A stretch of 64,000 bases of DNA from an uncultured Candidatus Rokubacteria bacterium (GTDB lineage Bacteria; Methylomirabilota; Methylomirabilia; Rokubacteriales; CSP1-6), in contig CAWBMV010000034.1 of NCBI GenBank assembly GCA_963789955.1, positions 928,001 through 992,000 of the forward strand. The letters run 5' to 3'. This document shows positions 1 to 8,995 of the stretch, one piece after another. Both the position numbers and the translations under genes were made by a program. How positions within the stretch are numbered: the stretch's first letter is position 1; every line of letters begins with the position of its first letter. The notes beneath the pieces were generated by a model that saw only the letters and a list, made by a program, of their open reading frames with translations, was not told the DNA's origin and searched no databases.

Positions 1-505
1 TGGCCCGAGGTAGTGCTTCCTTCAGCACCTCAAGCCGCTTCACGGTCATGTCGGTCGCGAGGAGGGTGAGGCCGGTGACATTCCCTCCCGGCCGAGCCAA
101 GCTGGCGACGAATCCCGCCTTTACCGGGTCAATACCGCTGAATGCCATCACGATAGGGACCGTCTGGGTAGCATTCTTGGCCGCCCTGATGGCTGGGGGG
201 CTCACGGCGACGATGATGTCGACGTTGGCGCGCACCAGATCGGCGGCGAGGCCAGGCAGGCGGCCGGGGCCGTCAGCAAAGCGGCGTTCAACCACGAGGT
301 TCTTGCCTTCGACCCACCCAAGTTCATGCAGGCGCCGGCTCAAATCTTCAGTGACTCCAACGGCAGGTTGGTTCGGTATTGCTATCGGCGCTGTAGGCGA
401 GAGAAGGCCGACGCGCGCCATCGTCCCCGCCTGCTGCGCCTCAGCACCGAGTGGCCCGACAAGAATGCTTCCGCCCACCATCGCGATGAACGCTCGCCGG
501 TCCAT
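1..505 (-). CDS. ABC transporter substrate-binding protein (ABC_sub_bind type), runs off the window edge
   Basis: Manual translation MDRRAFIAMVGGSILVGPLGAEAQQ...DPVKAGFVASLARPGGNVTG; ATG at 505 overlaps the upstream stop (TGATG). Confidence 0.85.
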   Translation of the reverse strand, partial: MDRRAFIAMVGGSILVGPLGAEAQQAGTMARVGLLSPTAPIAIPNQPAVGVTEDLSRRLHELGWVEGKNLVVERRFADGPGRLPGLAADLVRANVDIIVAVSPPAIRAAKNATQTVPIVMAFSGIDPVKAGFVASLARPGGNVTGLTLLATDMTVKRLEVLKEALPRA

Positions 506-1481
506 CACTGGATAATCTCGTCCGCCCGCACCAAGAGCGCTTGCGGGATGGTTAGCCCAAGGGCCTTGGCGGTCTTGAGGTTGATGACCAGCTCGAACTT
601 CGTGGGTTGCTCGACGGGGAGATCGGACGGGCGGGCGCCTTTGAAGATGCGATCGACATAGGTCGCGAGGTGGCGGTAGACCTCGTTCATGTCGGCGCCG
701 TAGCACATGAGCCCGCCAGCCTCGACAAAGTCGCGGAATTCGTAGAGCGCGGGAAGTCGGTGACGGGTCGCCAGGGCGACGATCAGATTCCGATGGATGT
801 TGAAGAACGGGTTGGCGCCCACGAGCAGGACATCCGCGCGCGGCTCCGCGCAACCTGCGCAAAAGCCGGGTCCAACTCCTCCACGCGGCTGACGAACGTG
901 ATCGGTAGCGCCTCGACCCCAACGCTCCGCGCTGCATTTTGAAATGCGTGCCTCGTCCGGCCCGGATCGACTAGCGCGGAGACCTGGAGCGTGGCCAGCC
1001 GCCGGACGGTCGGCACTGCGTTCTTGAGCAGCTCGATCCGTTTCACGTAAAGCTCCAGCGTGAGGTTCGCAATGCCGGTGAGATTGCCTTCCGGTCGGCT
1101 CAGGGTACGAACGAAACCCGTCTCAACCGGATCACCCGTGATGAACACGATGGGGATCGTGGTCGTGGCCCGCTGGGCGGCCCGGACCGCGACGGCAGCC
1201 TCCGCTACGATCACATCGACATTGAGCCGGGTGAGGTCGGCGGCCAGGGTCGGGAGTCGGTCCACCGTGTCGTTCGCATACCGCTCGTGAAGTATGTAGG
1301 CGGGCCCCTCGATGTGACCGAGTTCCCGCATTCCTCGCAGGAACTCAGCCCTCAGTCGAGGCTGCGGGGCCATTGCAAGCCAGCCCACCTGCTTGGCTCG
1401 GCCCGCCTCTTGCGCCTCAGCGGCGAGCGGTACGGCGAGAATGCCAATGACGCTCGCGGCCATGAACGTCCGGCGGTCCAT
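505..1481 (-). CDS. ABC transporter substrate-binding protein, frameshifted near 840
   Basis: ORF 783..1556 (MDRRTFM...DPVETGFVRTLSRPEGNLTG) joins ORF 505..822 (PVEQPTKFELVINLKTAKALGLTIPQ...RADEIIQ); apparent extra CG in a gcgcgc run. Confidence 0.85.
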
Positions 1482-1540
1482 CACTGAATGATCTCGTCGG
1501 CTCGGATCAGGACGCGCTGCGGAGTCGCTGGGCCCAGCAA
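1481..1540 (-). pseudogene. Orphan 3' tail of an SBP gene
   Basis: Reads LLGPATPQRVLIRADEIIQ*; 1481-1500 is identical to 3630-3649. Confidence 0.7.
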
Positions 1541-1552
1541 CAAGGTCGGCGA

Positions 1553-1930
1553 TCATCGCGTAGACCCCGCTGTTAACCGGGGGTCATCTGCAGAGACGCA
1601 GATACTCGACTGCGCGAGGCCACTGTCGCGGTAAGCTCCTTTGAAGACCTCCAGCTTCGGCAGCGGCGATGTCCTCGACAAACGTAGGGTTTCATCGCGG
1701 CTCGCTTGGACCGCGTCGTTTCGTTTGTACTCACATGTGGCCGCAGAGTCATATGTTGCAATGCGCTTCCATTGGTTGAGGGGCGCTTGCGCCAAAATGC
1801 CAAACACGACATTTGATGTCTCATCGACGGGGGGTTCCAATAGGTACCAGCTCCTTGCACCTTCACCTGCCAGCGCGTCACCCGGTGCGATGAGCAACAC
1901 GACTGTCATCCAGAGCCCGATGAGCCGCAT
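1553..1930 (-). CDS. Small secreted hypothetical protein
   Basis: RBS GAGGT, signal peptide MRLIGLWMTVVLLIAPGDALA, two Cys, C-terminal CVSADDPR. Confidence 0.75.
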   Translation of the reverse strand: MRLIGLWMTVVLLIAPGDALAGEGARSWYLLEPPVDETSNVVFGILAQAPLNQWKRIATYDSAATCEYKRNDAVQASRDETLRLSRTSPLPKLEVFKGAYRDSGLAQSSICVSADDPRLTAGSTR

Positions 1931-1991
1931 GTGCACCTCGGTGGAGGATGGCTGGCGGGAGTCTAGACGAACGGCACGACGTGCACCAGCA
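1913..1991 (-). repeat. 79-bp leader repeat, copy 1 (promoter + RBS + first codons)
   Basis: Matches 4608-4686 with 5 mismatches; contains TAGACT (-10-like), GAGGT and ATG CGG CT. Confidence 0.9.
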
Positions 1992-2179
1992 CGGCGCCGC
2001 ACGAGGAGGGCGCGGTCACGAGCCTAGTTGCACCAGGCCGCGCGCCGGATCTAGCTTCTCAACGCGAGCGCCTTCGTGAACTCGGCCTTGACCTGCGACC
2101 ACGCCTCCGCGCTCCAGTGCGTCTGCAGCATCACGCGCAGGACGCGGTTGATGCGGAGTCAGGGGTGCCAAGGCGGGCG

Positions 2180-2941
2180 TCAGCCAAGTCGCTTGAACCA
2201 CTCGATCAGCTTCGGCCCGTCGCGCAGGTCCAGTCGGTTCGGCATGACGGCCTTGAACTCTTCATAGACACCGGGCGCGAACAAGGCCGTCGTCGTGATG
2301 ATGGCCTTCGAGACGTTCTGGTGTAGGTTCAGGACTCCGTAGAGGGCCCGCGCATCGTTCGCTGGGACCGTGTGGCCCGGACTGTACGCCTTCACCTGGT
2401 CGTAGAAGCAGATCGTCCCCCAGTCCGGTCTACTGGCGATGATGTCGCGCCCGCCGTCGCCGCTGCGAGGCGTCAGGACGACTTCGGGCCACCCCTCGCG
2501 TTTGTACGCGCCGGCGATCAGCTCCTCGATCTTGCGCCAGTTCAGTTGATGGAGGAAGTCCGGGTCGCGCTCCAGCGCCTTGATGATCTCGAACCAGGGT
2601 AACGCCACCGCCTCGATGAGCTGCCCCTCAGCCGCACGGCCTCCGGTGACGATGATCGCGGCCGGGATCAACAGCTCGGGCAGGCTGACGTCGACACCTG
2701 GCTTCTGGCCCTCCATCCCCAGGCCCCCTGCGCCGAGCCTGACCGCGACATCATCGCGGGCCGTGCGGACAACAACCTCAGCCTGGCCGCTGACGACCGC
2801 CCGGCCCGCCGCGTGCCCCTCGGCGGCGATGACGGATTGTTGGGCACGGCGATACCACGCCGCAACCAACGCGCTCATGCCAAGCGGAGTCCCTTCGATC
2901 TCGTTGCGGCCGGGCTCCGCGTTCATCTCGTCGTTCGTCAT
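2180..2941 (-). CDS. Mrr-family (type IV-like) restriction endonuclease
   Basis: C-terminal Mrr_cat-like motifs: WRKIEELIA, TPRSGDGGRDIIA, DQVKAY, AIITTT, LRDGPKL. Confidence 0.8.
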   Translation of the reverse strand: MTNDEMNAEPGRNEIEGTPLGMSALVAAWYRRAQQSVIAAEGHAAGRAVVSGQAEVVVRTARDDVAVRLGAGGLGMEGQKPGVDVSLPELLIPAAIIVTGGRAAEGQLIEAVALPWFEIIKALERDPDFLHQLNWRKIEELIAGAYKREGWPEVVLTPRSGDGGRDIIASRPDWGTICFYDQVKAYSPGHTVPANDARALYGVLNLHQNVSKAIITTTALFAPGVYEEFKAVMPNRLDLRDGPKLIEWFKRLG

Positions 2942-3262
2942 CGCGTGTCCCCCTTGTCCAGCGCCTCCCACGCCGCGCGCTGTGTCGCCCGCCACGGCGT
3001 CCGCTCCCAGGCGGGTCCCGGTCGCACTGGTCGGCGAGTGCTCCATCCCGGTCGTGTAGAACGTCGCGCGCCAGCCGCGCTCGTCGTACTGGGTGAGTTG
3101 CAGATCGTAGCCCTGGCGGCGCATTCCGACCGCGACGTGACCGATCCCGGCCCAGGAGTCGAGCCAGGAGCGCAGCGCCCAGAGGGCACGGTCGTAGGAG
3201 GGCAGCGAGCACCCGGCGAAGCCGACAGCCGCACGTAGGAGCTGGCCGCGTGGGTCGAGCAT
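2938..3262 (-). CDS. Hypothetical protein (~107 aa), frameshifted near 3015
   Basis: MLDPRGQLLRAAVGFAG...FYTTGMEHSPTSATGT continues as AWERTPWRATQRAAWEALDK in another frame; its stop overlaps the Mrr ATG (ATGA). Confidence 0.7.
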
Positions 3263-3264
3263 GG

Positions 3265-3633
3265 TCACGGTTGGACGGGTGATTCGTGCCAATCGTGATG
3301 GCACCACATGCATTGACGGGCTTTCGATGTGCGAACGATCCGGCCACAACGTGGGCAGCGATTGACAAAGCTTAGGTCATGACCCTCGCGAAGGACGCGC
3401 TCGCCGATGCGGCGATATGCTTCGTTCAACCATTGCGCATAGGTCTGGATGGCTATGGATTGGTGAATTTCCTCAGGGTGGACCTCCACGCTCTTGACCT
3501 CTATCATCGCCGCCTTAATCGCCAGCCGTTCATTGATCACGCCGACTTCGTCATACCCAAAGAGGTAGAAACCCAGTTGCCACGCCTCGTCGTATTCCCG
3601 CGGCATATCTCGACCCTCAGCGTCTTCGCTCAC
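3265..3633 (-). CDS. Hypothetical protein with C-terminal zinc ribbon
   Basis: CPRC...CMWC; GTG start overlaps the SBP stop. Confidence 0.65.
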   Translation of the reverse strand: MSEDAEGRDMPREYDEAWQLGFYLFGYDEVGVINERLAIKAAMIEVKSVEVHPEEIHQSIAIQTYAQWLNEAYRRIGERVLREGHDLSFVNRCPRCGRIVRTSKARQCMWCHHDWHESPVQP

Positions 3634-4625
3634 TGAATGATCTCGTCGGCCCGAATGAGTATTGATTGCGGGATCGTCAACCCGAGTGCTTTGGCCGTCT
3701 TGAGGTTGATCACCATCTCGAACTTCGTGGGCTGCTCCACGGGGAGGTCGGCGGGCTTGGCGCCTTTGAGGATCTTGTCGACGTGAACCGCGCTGCGACG
3801 GACCAAGTCGCTGATGCTCGCTCCGTAGGTGATGAGGCCTCCGAGCTCCGCGAACTCCCTGACGCTGAACATTGAGGGCAGCCGGTACCTCGTGGCGAGG
3901 TCGACAATGTGTCTTCGTTCGTTGAACAGCATGGGGCTCGGGAACACGATGAGAGCACTGACGCGGTCTCTGGTCATCGTGGAGAAAGCGTGATCGAGGT
4001 CGTCGAGACTCCGGACCTCTACGAGTTGAAGCTGCACTCCCAGGGTCCGTGCCGCGACCTGGGTCCGCTGCACCATTTCCCGTGTGGTGCGCTCGCTAAA
4101 GGCGCCAGGATGCCAGAGGGCAGCCACGCGAGAAACGTTGGGCAGCGCTTCCTTGAGCAGCTCTAGACGCTTGGGCACCAGCTCAGGGCCGAGGAAGGTC
4201 AATCCCGTGATATTCCCGCCCGGCCGCGCGAGGCTGGCGACCAATCCGTCTCCGACCGGATCGCCCATGATCGCCGCGACGATAGGGATACCGGTGGTCG
4301 CTTGCTGTGCGGCGCGGGCCGTAGCCGTACCCATGGCGACGATGAGGTGGACCTTGAGACGGGCCAACTCGGTCGCGAGTGCTGGAAGCCGGTCGATCTT
4401 TCCGTCCGCTGCGCGGTACTCAGTGACGATGGTCTGCCCCTCCACATAGCCGTGTTCGCGCAGCCCCTGACTGAACGCGTCGCGCAGCGCGCGCCCCTCG
4501 GGGGATTCGAGTGAGGGCGTCAACAGGAAACCTATCCGTGCGCTATTCGCCGTCGGCTGCGCCTCGGCGTCGAGCGGCGCAAGAGTGAGGCTGAGAGCGA
4601 GAATGACGAGCCCGATCAGCCGCAT
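3630..4625 (-). CDS. ABC transporter substrate-binding protein (intact)
   Basis: Signal peptide, DPVGDGLVASLARPGGNITG, PVEQPTKFEMVINLKTAKALG. Confidence 0.92.
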   Translation of the reverse strand: MRLIGLVILALSLTLAPLDAEAQPTANSARIGFLLTPSLESPEGRALRDAFSQGLREHGYVEGQTIVTEYRAADGKIDRLPALATELARLKVHLIVAMGTATARAAQQATTGIPIVAAIMGDPVGDGLVASLARPGGNITGLTFLGPELVPKRLELLKEALPNVSRVAALWHPGAFSERTTREMVQRTQVAARTLGVQLQLVEVRSLDDLDHAFSTMTRDRVSALIVFPSPMLFNERRHIVDLATRYRLPSMFSVREFAELGGLITYGASISDLVRRSAVHVDKILKGAKPADLPVEQPTKFEMVINLKTAKALGLTIPQSILIRADEIIQ

Positions 4626-4686
4626 GGGCACCTCGGTGGAGGATGGCTGGCGGGAGTCTAGCCGAACGGCGCGACGCGCACCAGCA
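4608..4686 (-). repeat. 79-bp leader repeat, copy 2
   Basis: Near-identical to 1913-1991. Confidence 0.9.
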
Positions 4687-4840
4687 GCCGGCGCGTCCGA
4701 TCAGTCGAGTGTCCGCGCCGCGCTGCGGTCGGGGGCTATGCTCCATCCCGATTGTGAGGAATCTGAGGATCGGTGAGAACGCTCGCAGAGCGTAAGCGGG
4801 CTGAGCAGCCACACCCAGCAACACGCCGGAGTGTTGCGGA

Positions 4841-5317
4841 TTAGCTCAGGGTCCTCCGCCTCATCGCGGCCCGGAGAGTCTGCTGGGCCGCAAAGAGCGC
4901 GGCTTCACCCTCTCGGATCAGGACGTCCAAGTTGTCCGCGAGTTGCTGGTTCTGCGTTATCAAGTGTTGCGCCGCGTCCCGCACCGTCTGTGCCGCGAGG
5001 TGAATTTCGGATGGCGGTGCCGGGCAGCCGTAGAGGTGCGCCCGTACGTTCTCCGTCAAGTCCTTACGGCACCGTGGGCATATGTTCGTCCGGCCATCGA
5101 GCGGATCGGCCGCGAGCTCCATCATGCGGAAGCCGAGGCCACAGGATAGGCATTGGGCCACGACGTGATCTGAGCAGTAGACGAAGAGTAGTTGGCGCTC
5201 GTCAGGAGTTAGACCTCGACGCCGCGAGCAGTCGAGATGCGACAGGCGACCGTGGGATGCCTCGATGATGTCGTGCACCGAGATCGGCTGAGAGCACTGC
5301 GAGCATTTCACCTGCAT
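4841..5317 (-). CDS. Cys-rich hypothetical protein with C-terminal helical/coiled-coil segment
   Basis: CSQC, CLSC and CPRC motifs. Confidence 0.7.
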   Translation of the reverse strand: MQVKCSQCSQPISVHDIIEASHGRLSHLDCSRRRGLTPDERQLLFVYCSDHVVAQCLSCGLGFRMMELAADPLDGRTNICPRCRKDLTENVRAHLYGCPAPPSEIHLAAQTVRDAAQHLITQNQQLADNLDVLIREGEAALFAAQQTLRAAMRRRTLS

Positions 5318-5761
5318 GGTGCGGGACCTCGCGGCGGACACTAGCACGAGTCGCAGCGCTCGTCTAGGGTGTATACCTGAGGTCTCGTCAGGGGATTGCC
5401 CAATCCACATAGCGCGGCGAGCGAAGCCGCACGCCTTCCCCGACACCCTTGACAGAGATGTGCCGGAGACGGCGTATTCATCGCCGCCGTCAAGACCGGC
5501 TCACGTGCGATCCAGGCCCACATTCAGGCGCGGGGGCAACGGGGCCAAGCCAAGCGCGATTCTCGCTGAGATAACAGCGCCCCCTCGCGGCTGGCACCCC
5601 GAGGGCCGGACCACAACGCCAACCGATGAGGAGCCAACCGACGAGGAGGGGACATGATGGGTGCGAAGCACGCGATGACACCGCGGAGACGATCCGATCG
5701 GCGTGCGGGCGGTGATCACCGACGAACTCCTCGAGCTCGGCGAGCAGGGTCATTCCGTCTC

Positions 5762-6070
5762 TCACTTCCCATTCGGCCCGCGCGGGTCCACGGTGTCGGG
5801 GAGGCAGGTGAACACGACCACGTAGGTGGTGCCATCTCGGTAGTAGGCGGTGGTTTTGTGGCCCTCGACGACCGCGCGAACTACGTCGGCATCGACGCCG
5901 GTCAGCTGCAACCGGGCGAAGCTCGCCCAACACTCTGCTTCAGTGGCTATTCCCTGGACCTGTTGCCACTCCTCCGCCCCCGAATGGTCGGTTCCGTGCG
6001 CCCACAGCGTCCACGTCTCAGCATCAACGGGAGCTGCCGCAAGGAGGGCGAGCATGACGAGCCCCGTCAT
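5762..6070 (-). CDS. Small secreted hypothetical protein
   Basis: Signal peptide, WTLW, C-terminal CLPDTVDPRGP. Confidence 0.7.
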   Translation of the reverse strand: MTGLVMLALLAAAPVDAETWTLWAHGTDHSGAEEWQQVQGIATEAECWASFARLQLTGVDADVVRAVVEGHKTTAYYRDGTTYVVVFTCLPDTVDPRGPNGK

Positions 6071-6360
6071 CGCGTGCCCTGCTCAGTGCTCGCCCGCTTC
6101 ACGCTGACCTTCTCGTGCGCTCCCCACGTCCGCAGATCGGTGACCGCGGGCTCGCCGACTCGCTGGACGCGAACGCGCGCGTACTTGCCACCTGCCGTCG
6201 TGTACGGCCGGCTGACGACTTCCCACTCGCCCGTCTCGTCGACCAGGCGATCTCCGATCTTGAGCTCCATCGGTAGGATCCGCAGCGACGTCGGCGCCGC
6301 GGCCGCGGGCTTCTTCTCGGACGGCTTACCCATCTCGCCGTCGTGTGCTTTTGTAGACAT
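6067..6360 (-). CDS. Hypothetical protein (small, beta-rich)
   Basis: LPMELKIGDRLVDETGEWEVVSRPY; ATGA overlap with the downstream gene. Confidence 0.7.
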   Translation of the reverse strand: MSTKAHDGEMGKPSEKKPAAAAPTSLRILPMELKIGDRLVDETGEWEVVSRPYTTAGGKYARVRVQRVGEPAVTDLRTWGAHEKVSVKRASTEQGTR

Positions 6361-6398
6361 TGACGTTGCGCCCAGGGTTCGGGCACCGTTTACGCTCG

Positions 6399-6749
6399 AT
6401 GGATCCCCACGAACGCGCCACAAGCGTCTGGTACCGCGTCGCCGGGCTGCTACGTCGGAAGGACCTCGCGATCGAGATCGTCGAAGCCGAGATCCGCTCG
6501 GCACAGCACGAGGTCTGGCTCGAGGCCGCGAAGCTCGTACTCAGCGGCGAGCCCGTCGAGATCGCGCGCCAGCTGCGCGCGGGCGGAGTCGATCATCCGG
6601 CCGACCGGACCGACGATGTGACGCCTGACGGTCGAGAACGTCCCTCGGCAAGGCTGGATGCCGTCACTGCGTCGGGCCATCAGGTCCCCCTTGATCGGCA
6701 GGCGGTGCCTGCACGATGTAGTGCACCAGGCGCTGCCCGTACGGCGTGA
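6399..6749 (+). CDS. Hypothetical protein, probably 3'-truncated
   Basis: Protein-like N-terminal half (MDPHERATSVWYRV...); the end overlaps a convergent gene. Confidence 0.4.
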   Translation: MDPHERATSVWYRVAGLLRRKDLAIEIVEAEIRSAQHEVWLEAAKLVLSGEPVEIARQLRAGGVDHPADRTDDVTPDGRERPSARLDAVTASGHQVPLDRQAVPARCSAPGAARTA

Positions 6750-7372
6750 CACTCGCGGCCGTGTTCTCGGCGCCCTCGGCGGTCATCGTCGTGTGGACGT
6801 TCAGGGCCAGAACCTTCAGGTCATTCAGCTGGTCAACGAGATCGTTGATTCGGCTGCGCGGCATATCCCGGAGCCGCCGCTCGAGAACGTGACCGGGCGA
6901 TCCCATGTACATATCCGTGTTCGGGTCGCGGGGCTGCATCACCGCGCGGATGATCTTCAGATGTGCGACCTGGAGCTGATCCATTGTCCGCAACATGCGG
7001 AGCTGCTCGTCATAGTCCGTGGGAGACGTCGCCGTGATCGCGTCCAACAGGAGCGCCCGGAACATGCGCCGCTTCTCTTCGTGGCGCTCACCAACGACAC
7101 GACGGAGTGTGTGATCGAGCAGATCCTTGAATTCCTCGGATCGGACGTACTCCTCCTGAACCTTTGCGCCGAGCGCCTTGACGTCGGCGACAATGCCCGT
7201 CAGCGCGCAGGCGCTCGGCTCGTCGCGCCGCCGCCCACTCGCCGAAGACCCAACCGACGGCGCCGCCGAAGACGGGGATGGCATTCGACAGGAGCGTGAC
7301 GAGCGACAGATAGTCGTCGACGGGGTTGGGCAGCGCGAGGTCCTCGGGACCAGGCCGATCCTCTGCCATCAT
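6664..7372 (-). CDS. Hypothetical protein resembling Abi-alpha/DUF4393-type proteins, frameshifted near 7205
   Basis: N-terminal AIPVFGGAVG helix, SEEFKDLL...HEEKRRMFRALL, C-terminal wHTH-like end (LVDQLNDLKVL...VTPYGQRLVHYI). Confidence 0.55.
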
Positions 7373-7866
7373 CAGTCCTCTCTCCTCGGCGTGACTAGTG
7401 CGGCGAGGCGCTCGATCGCCGCCACTACGTTGGCGTGCAGCAGATCGGGTTTGCAATGGTCGAGAAACAGTCTCAGGCCAGGCAGGAGCGCGGAGATCTC
7501 TGCGCTCGGGTCCCATTGCTTCTGTGGCGCATCACCGGTGAACCGTTTCTTCGTCAAATGCGCGATCTGTTTGTCGGCGCGAAGCTTCACGGCCTTCAGG
7601 AAGTCAGAGGCCTCACCGCGCGCGGCGAGCCATGCGGCCTTGTCGCGAACGTAATGGACAGCGTTGACGTCGTCGGGCGGCTTGGGCTTCCAGTAGACGA
7701 ACTCGATGAGGTTCCGGAGGTGCAGAGCGTACGATTCGAGGAGCGCGTTCGTCAGCGAATTTCGTTCCGGCATGAACGCCAGCAGTAGGTGGGCTGCGCG
7801 CACACACATTTCGATTTCGTATCGGACGTGCTCGCCGCCATAGAAGTAGAGCTTTTCGTCCCTCAC
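7372..7866 (-). CDS. Hypothetical protein, candidate HEPN-fold RNase
   Basis: Helical pattern, ESYALHLRNLIEF and an R-x6-H motif RADKQIAH. Confidence 0.55.
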   Translation of the reverse strand: MRDEKLYFYGGEHVRYEIEMCVRAAHLLLAFMPERNSLTNALLESYALHLRNLIEFVYWKPKPPDDVNAVHYVRDKAAWLAARGEASDFLKAVKLRADKQIAHLTKKRFTGDAPQKQWDPSAEISALLPGLRLFLDHCKPDLLHANVVAAIERLAALVTPRRED

Positions 7867-8082
7867 GTCTGAGCTCCGGATCTCTGTGGGTAAACACCGG
7901 ACGTCGCTGACCGGGGAAACGCCCGATTCCCAGCGGATCCGCGATGGCCCACACTTGCCCGGCGATGCCCTGGCGCAGCCCGAGCATCCATCCGTTCGCC
8001 GAGGTAGCCAGTTCGAGAATGGGCTTTGCCCGTGAACCATCCCATCGTCAATTCCTATCTCGTGTTAACTTTACGCTCGCGA

Positions 8083-8361
8083 ATGCCGATGGATCTCTCC
8101 GACGCGGCGCGAGAGCTTCTGATCGAAGCAGCACGAGATCCCGCAGGGCTCATCCTCAGGTTGACGGCACCCGGAGGCAGGGCCTACCTCAAGACCAACA
8201 GTAGAGCGTTCGGCGACGGATCTCCGCATGAACAAGCCCGTTGGGCGAGCGGCGCGAGGCAACTCATGGCTGTCGGGCTCGTCGAACCGCAGGGCGACCG
8301 GGTTTTCTGCATCACTCCCGAGGGGTACCAGGCGGCCGATCTTCTGCAGCGGCGCAAGTAA
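8083..8361 (+). CDS. Stand-alone winged-helix-like protein
   Basis: LSDAARELLIEAA...QLMAVGLVE...FCITPEGYQAAD. Confidence 0.6.
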   Translation: MPMDLSDAARELLIEAARDPAGLILRLTAPGGRAYLKTNSRAFGDGSPHEQARWASGARQLMAVGLVEPQGDRVFCITPEGYQAADLLQRRK

Positions 8362-8384
8362 CCACAACCGGGCGGGGCGCGGCA

Positions 8385-8777
8385 ATGGTGAAGTTTCCGT
8401 TCGCAAGAATCCTCGTGATCGATGACAACCCCGCAGTGGTCGACATCCTGGCCACCCATCTCCGCGGGGCGGGGTACGGGGTCTCGGGCGCGTTGACGGG
8501 CGACGAGGGCTTGAAGGACTTCACCCTGGCCCGTCCGGATCTCGTCCTGCTCGACATCACGCTGCAGGGCGAGATGAACGGGATCGAACTCCTCAAGCGA
8601 ATCCGCTCGATCGATCCAGCCAGCAAGGTGATCATGGTGACCGGGAACGCTGACCCCGTGGTGGCTCGCGAGGCCCTCGAGCTCGGCGCGATTGCCTACA
8701 TCGACAAGCCGTTCGACTTCGCCTACCTCAAGCGCGTCGTCGCGCTCGCGCTCCGGCCAGAGACCACCTCAGGCTGA
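8385..8777 (+). CDS. Single-domain response regulator
   Basis: ILVIDD, LVLLD, MVTG, KPF. Confidence 0.9.
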   Translation: MVKFPFARILVIDDNPAVVDILATHLRGAGYGVSGALTGDEGLKDFTLARPDLVLLDITLQGEMNGIELLKRIRSIDPASKVIMVTGNADPVVAREALELGAIAYIDKPFDFAYLKRVVALALRPETTSG

Positions 8778-8995
8778 CGGGTCGATGGCGTTGCTGCTCG
8801 CCGCTACCGACTCGGGCTCGTCAAGCATGGCGAACGCGAGCGCGGGCGTCACAAATCCTACTCGCGGCCCGCCGTGTAAGTCCGCGTCCCCGTGACCGGT
8901 CATGACCGATCCCGCCGCCGTCACAAAGGATGTGATTCGTGACACGCGCGCGTGGCCTGGCGGCGTCGGGTCGACTGCGGGTCGCGAAAGATGGG

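Noticed and set aside
2180..3349. 389-aa fusion of a hypothetical protein and Mrr
   Set aside because: Explained by a +1 indel near 3015; two separate genes with an ATGA overlap fit better.
5618..5647. 15-bp tandem duplication before an RBS and the 324-aa ORF 5654..6628
   Set aside because: Only two copies, and the ORF is antisense to better-supported genes; at most a truncated gene start.
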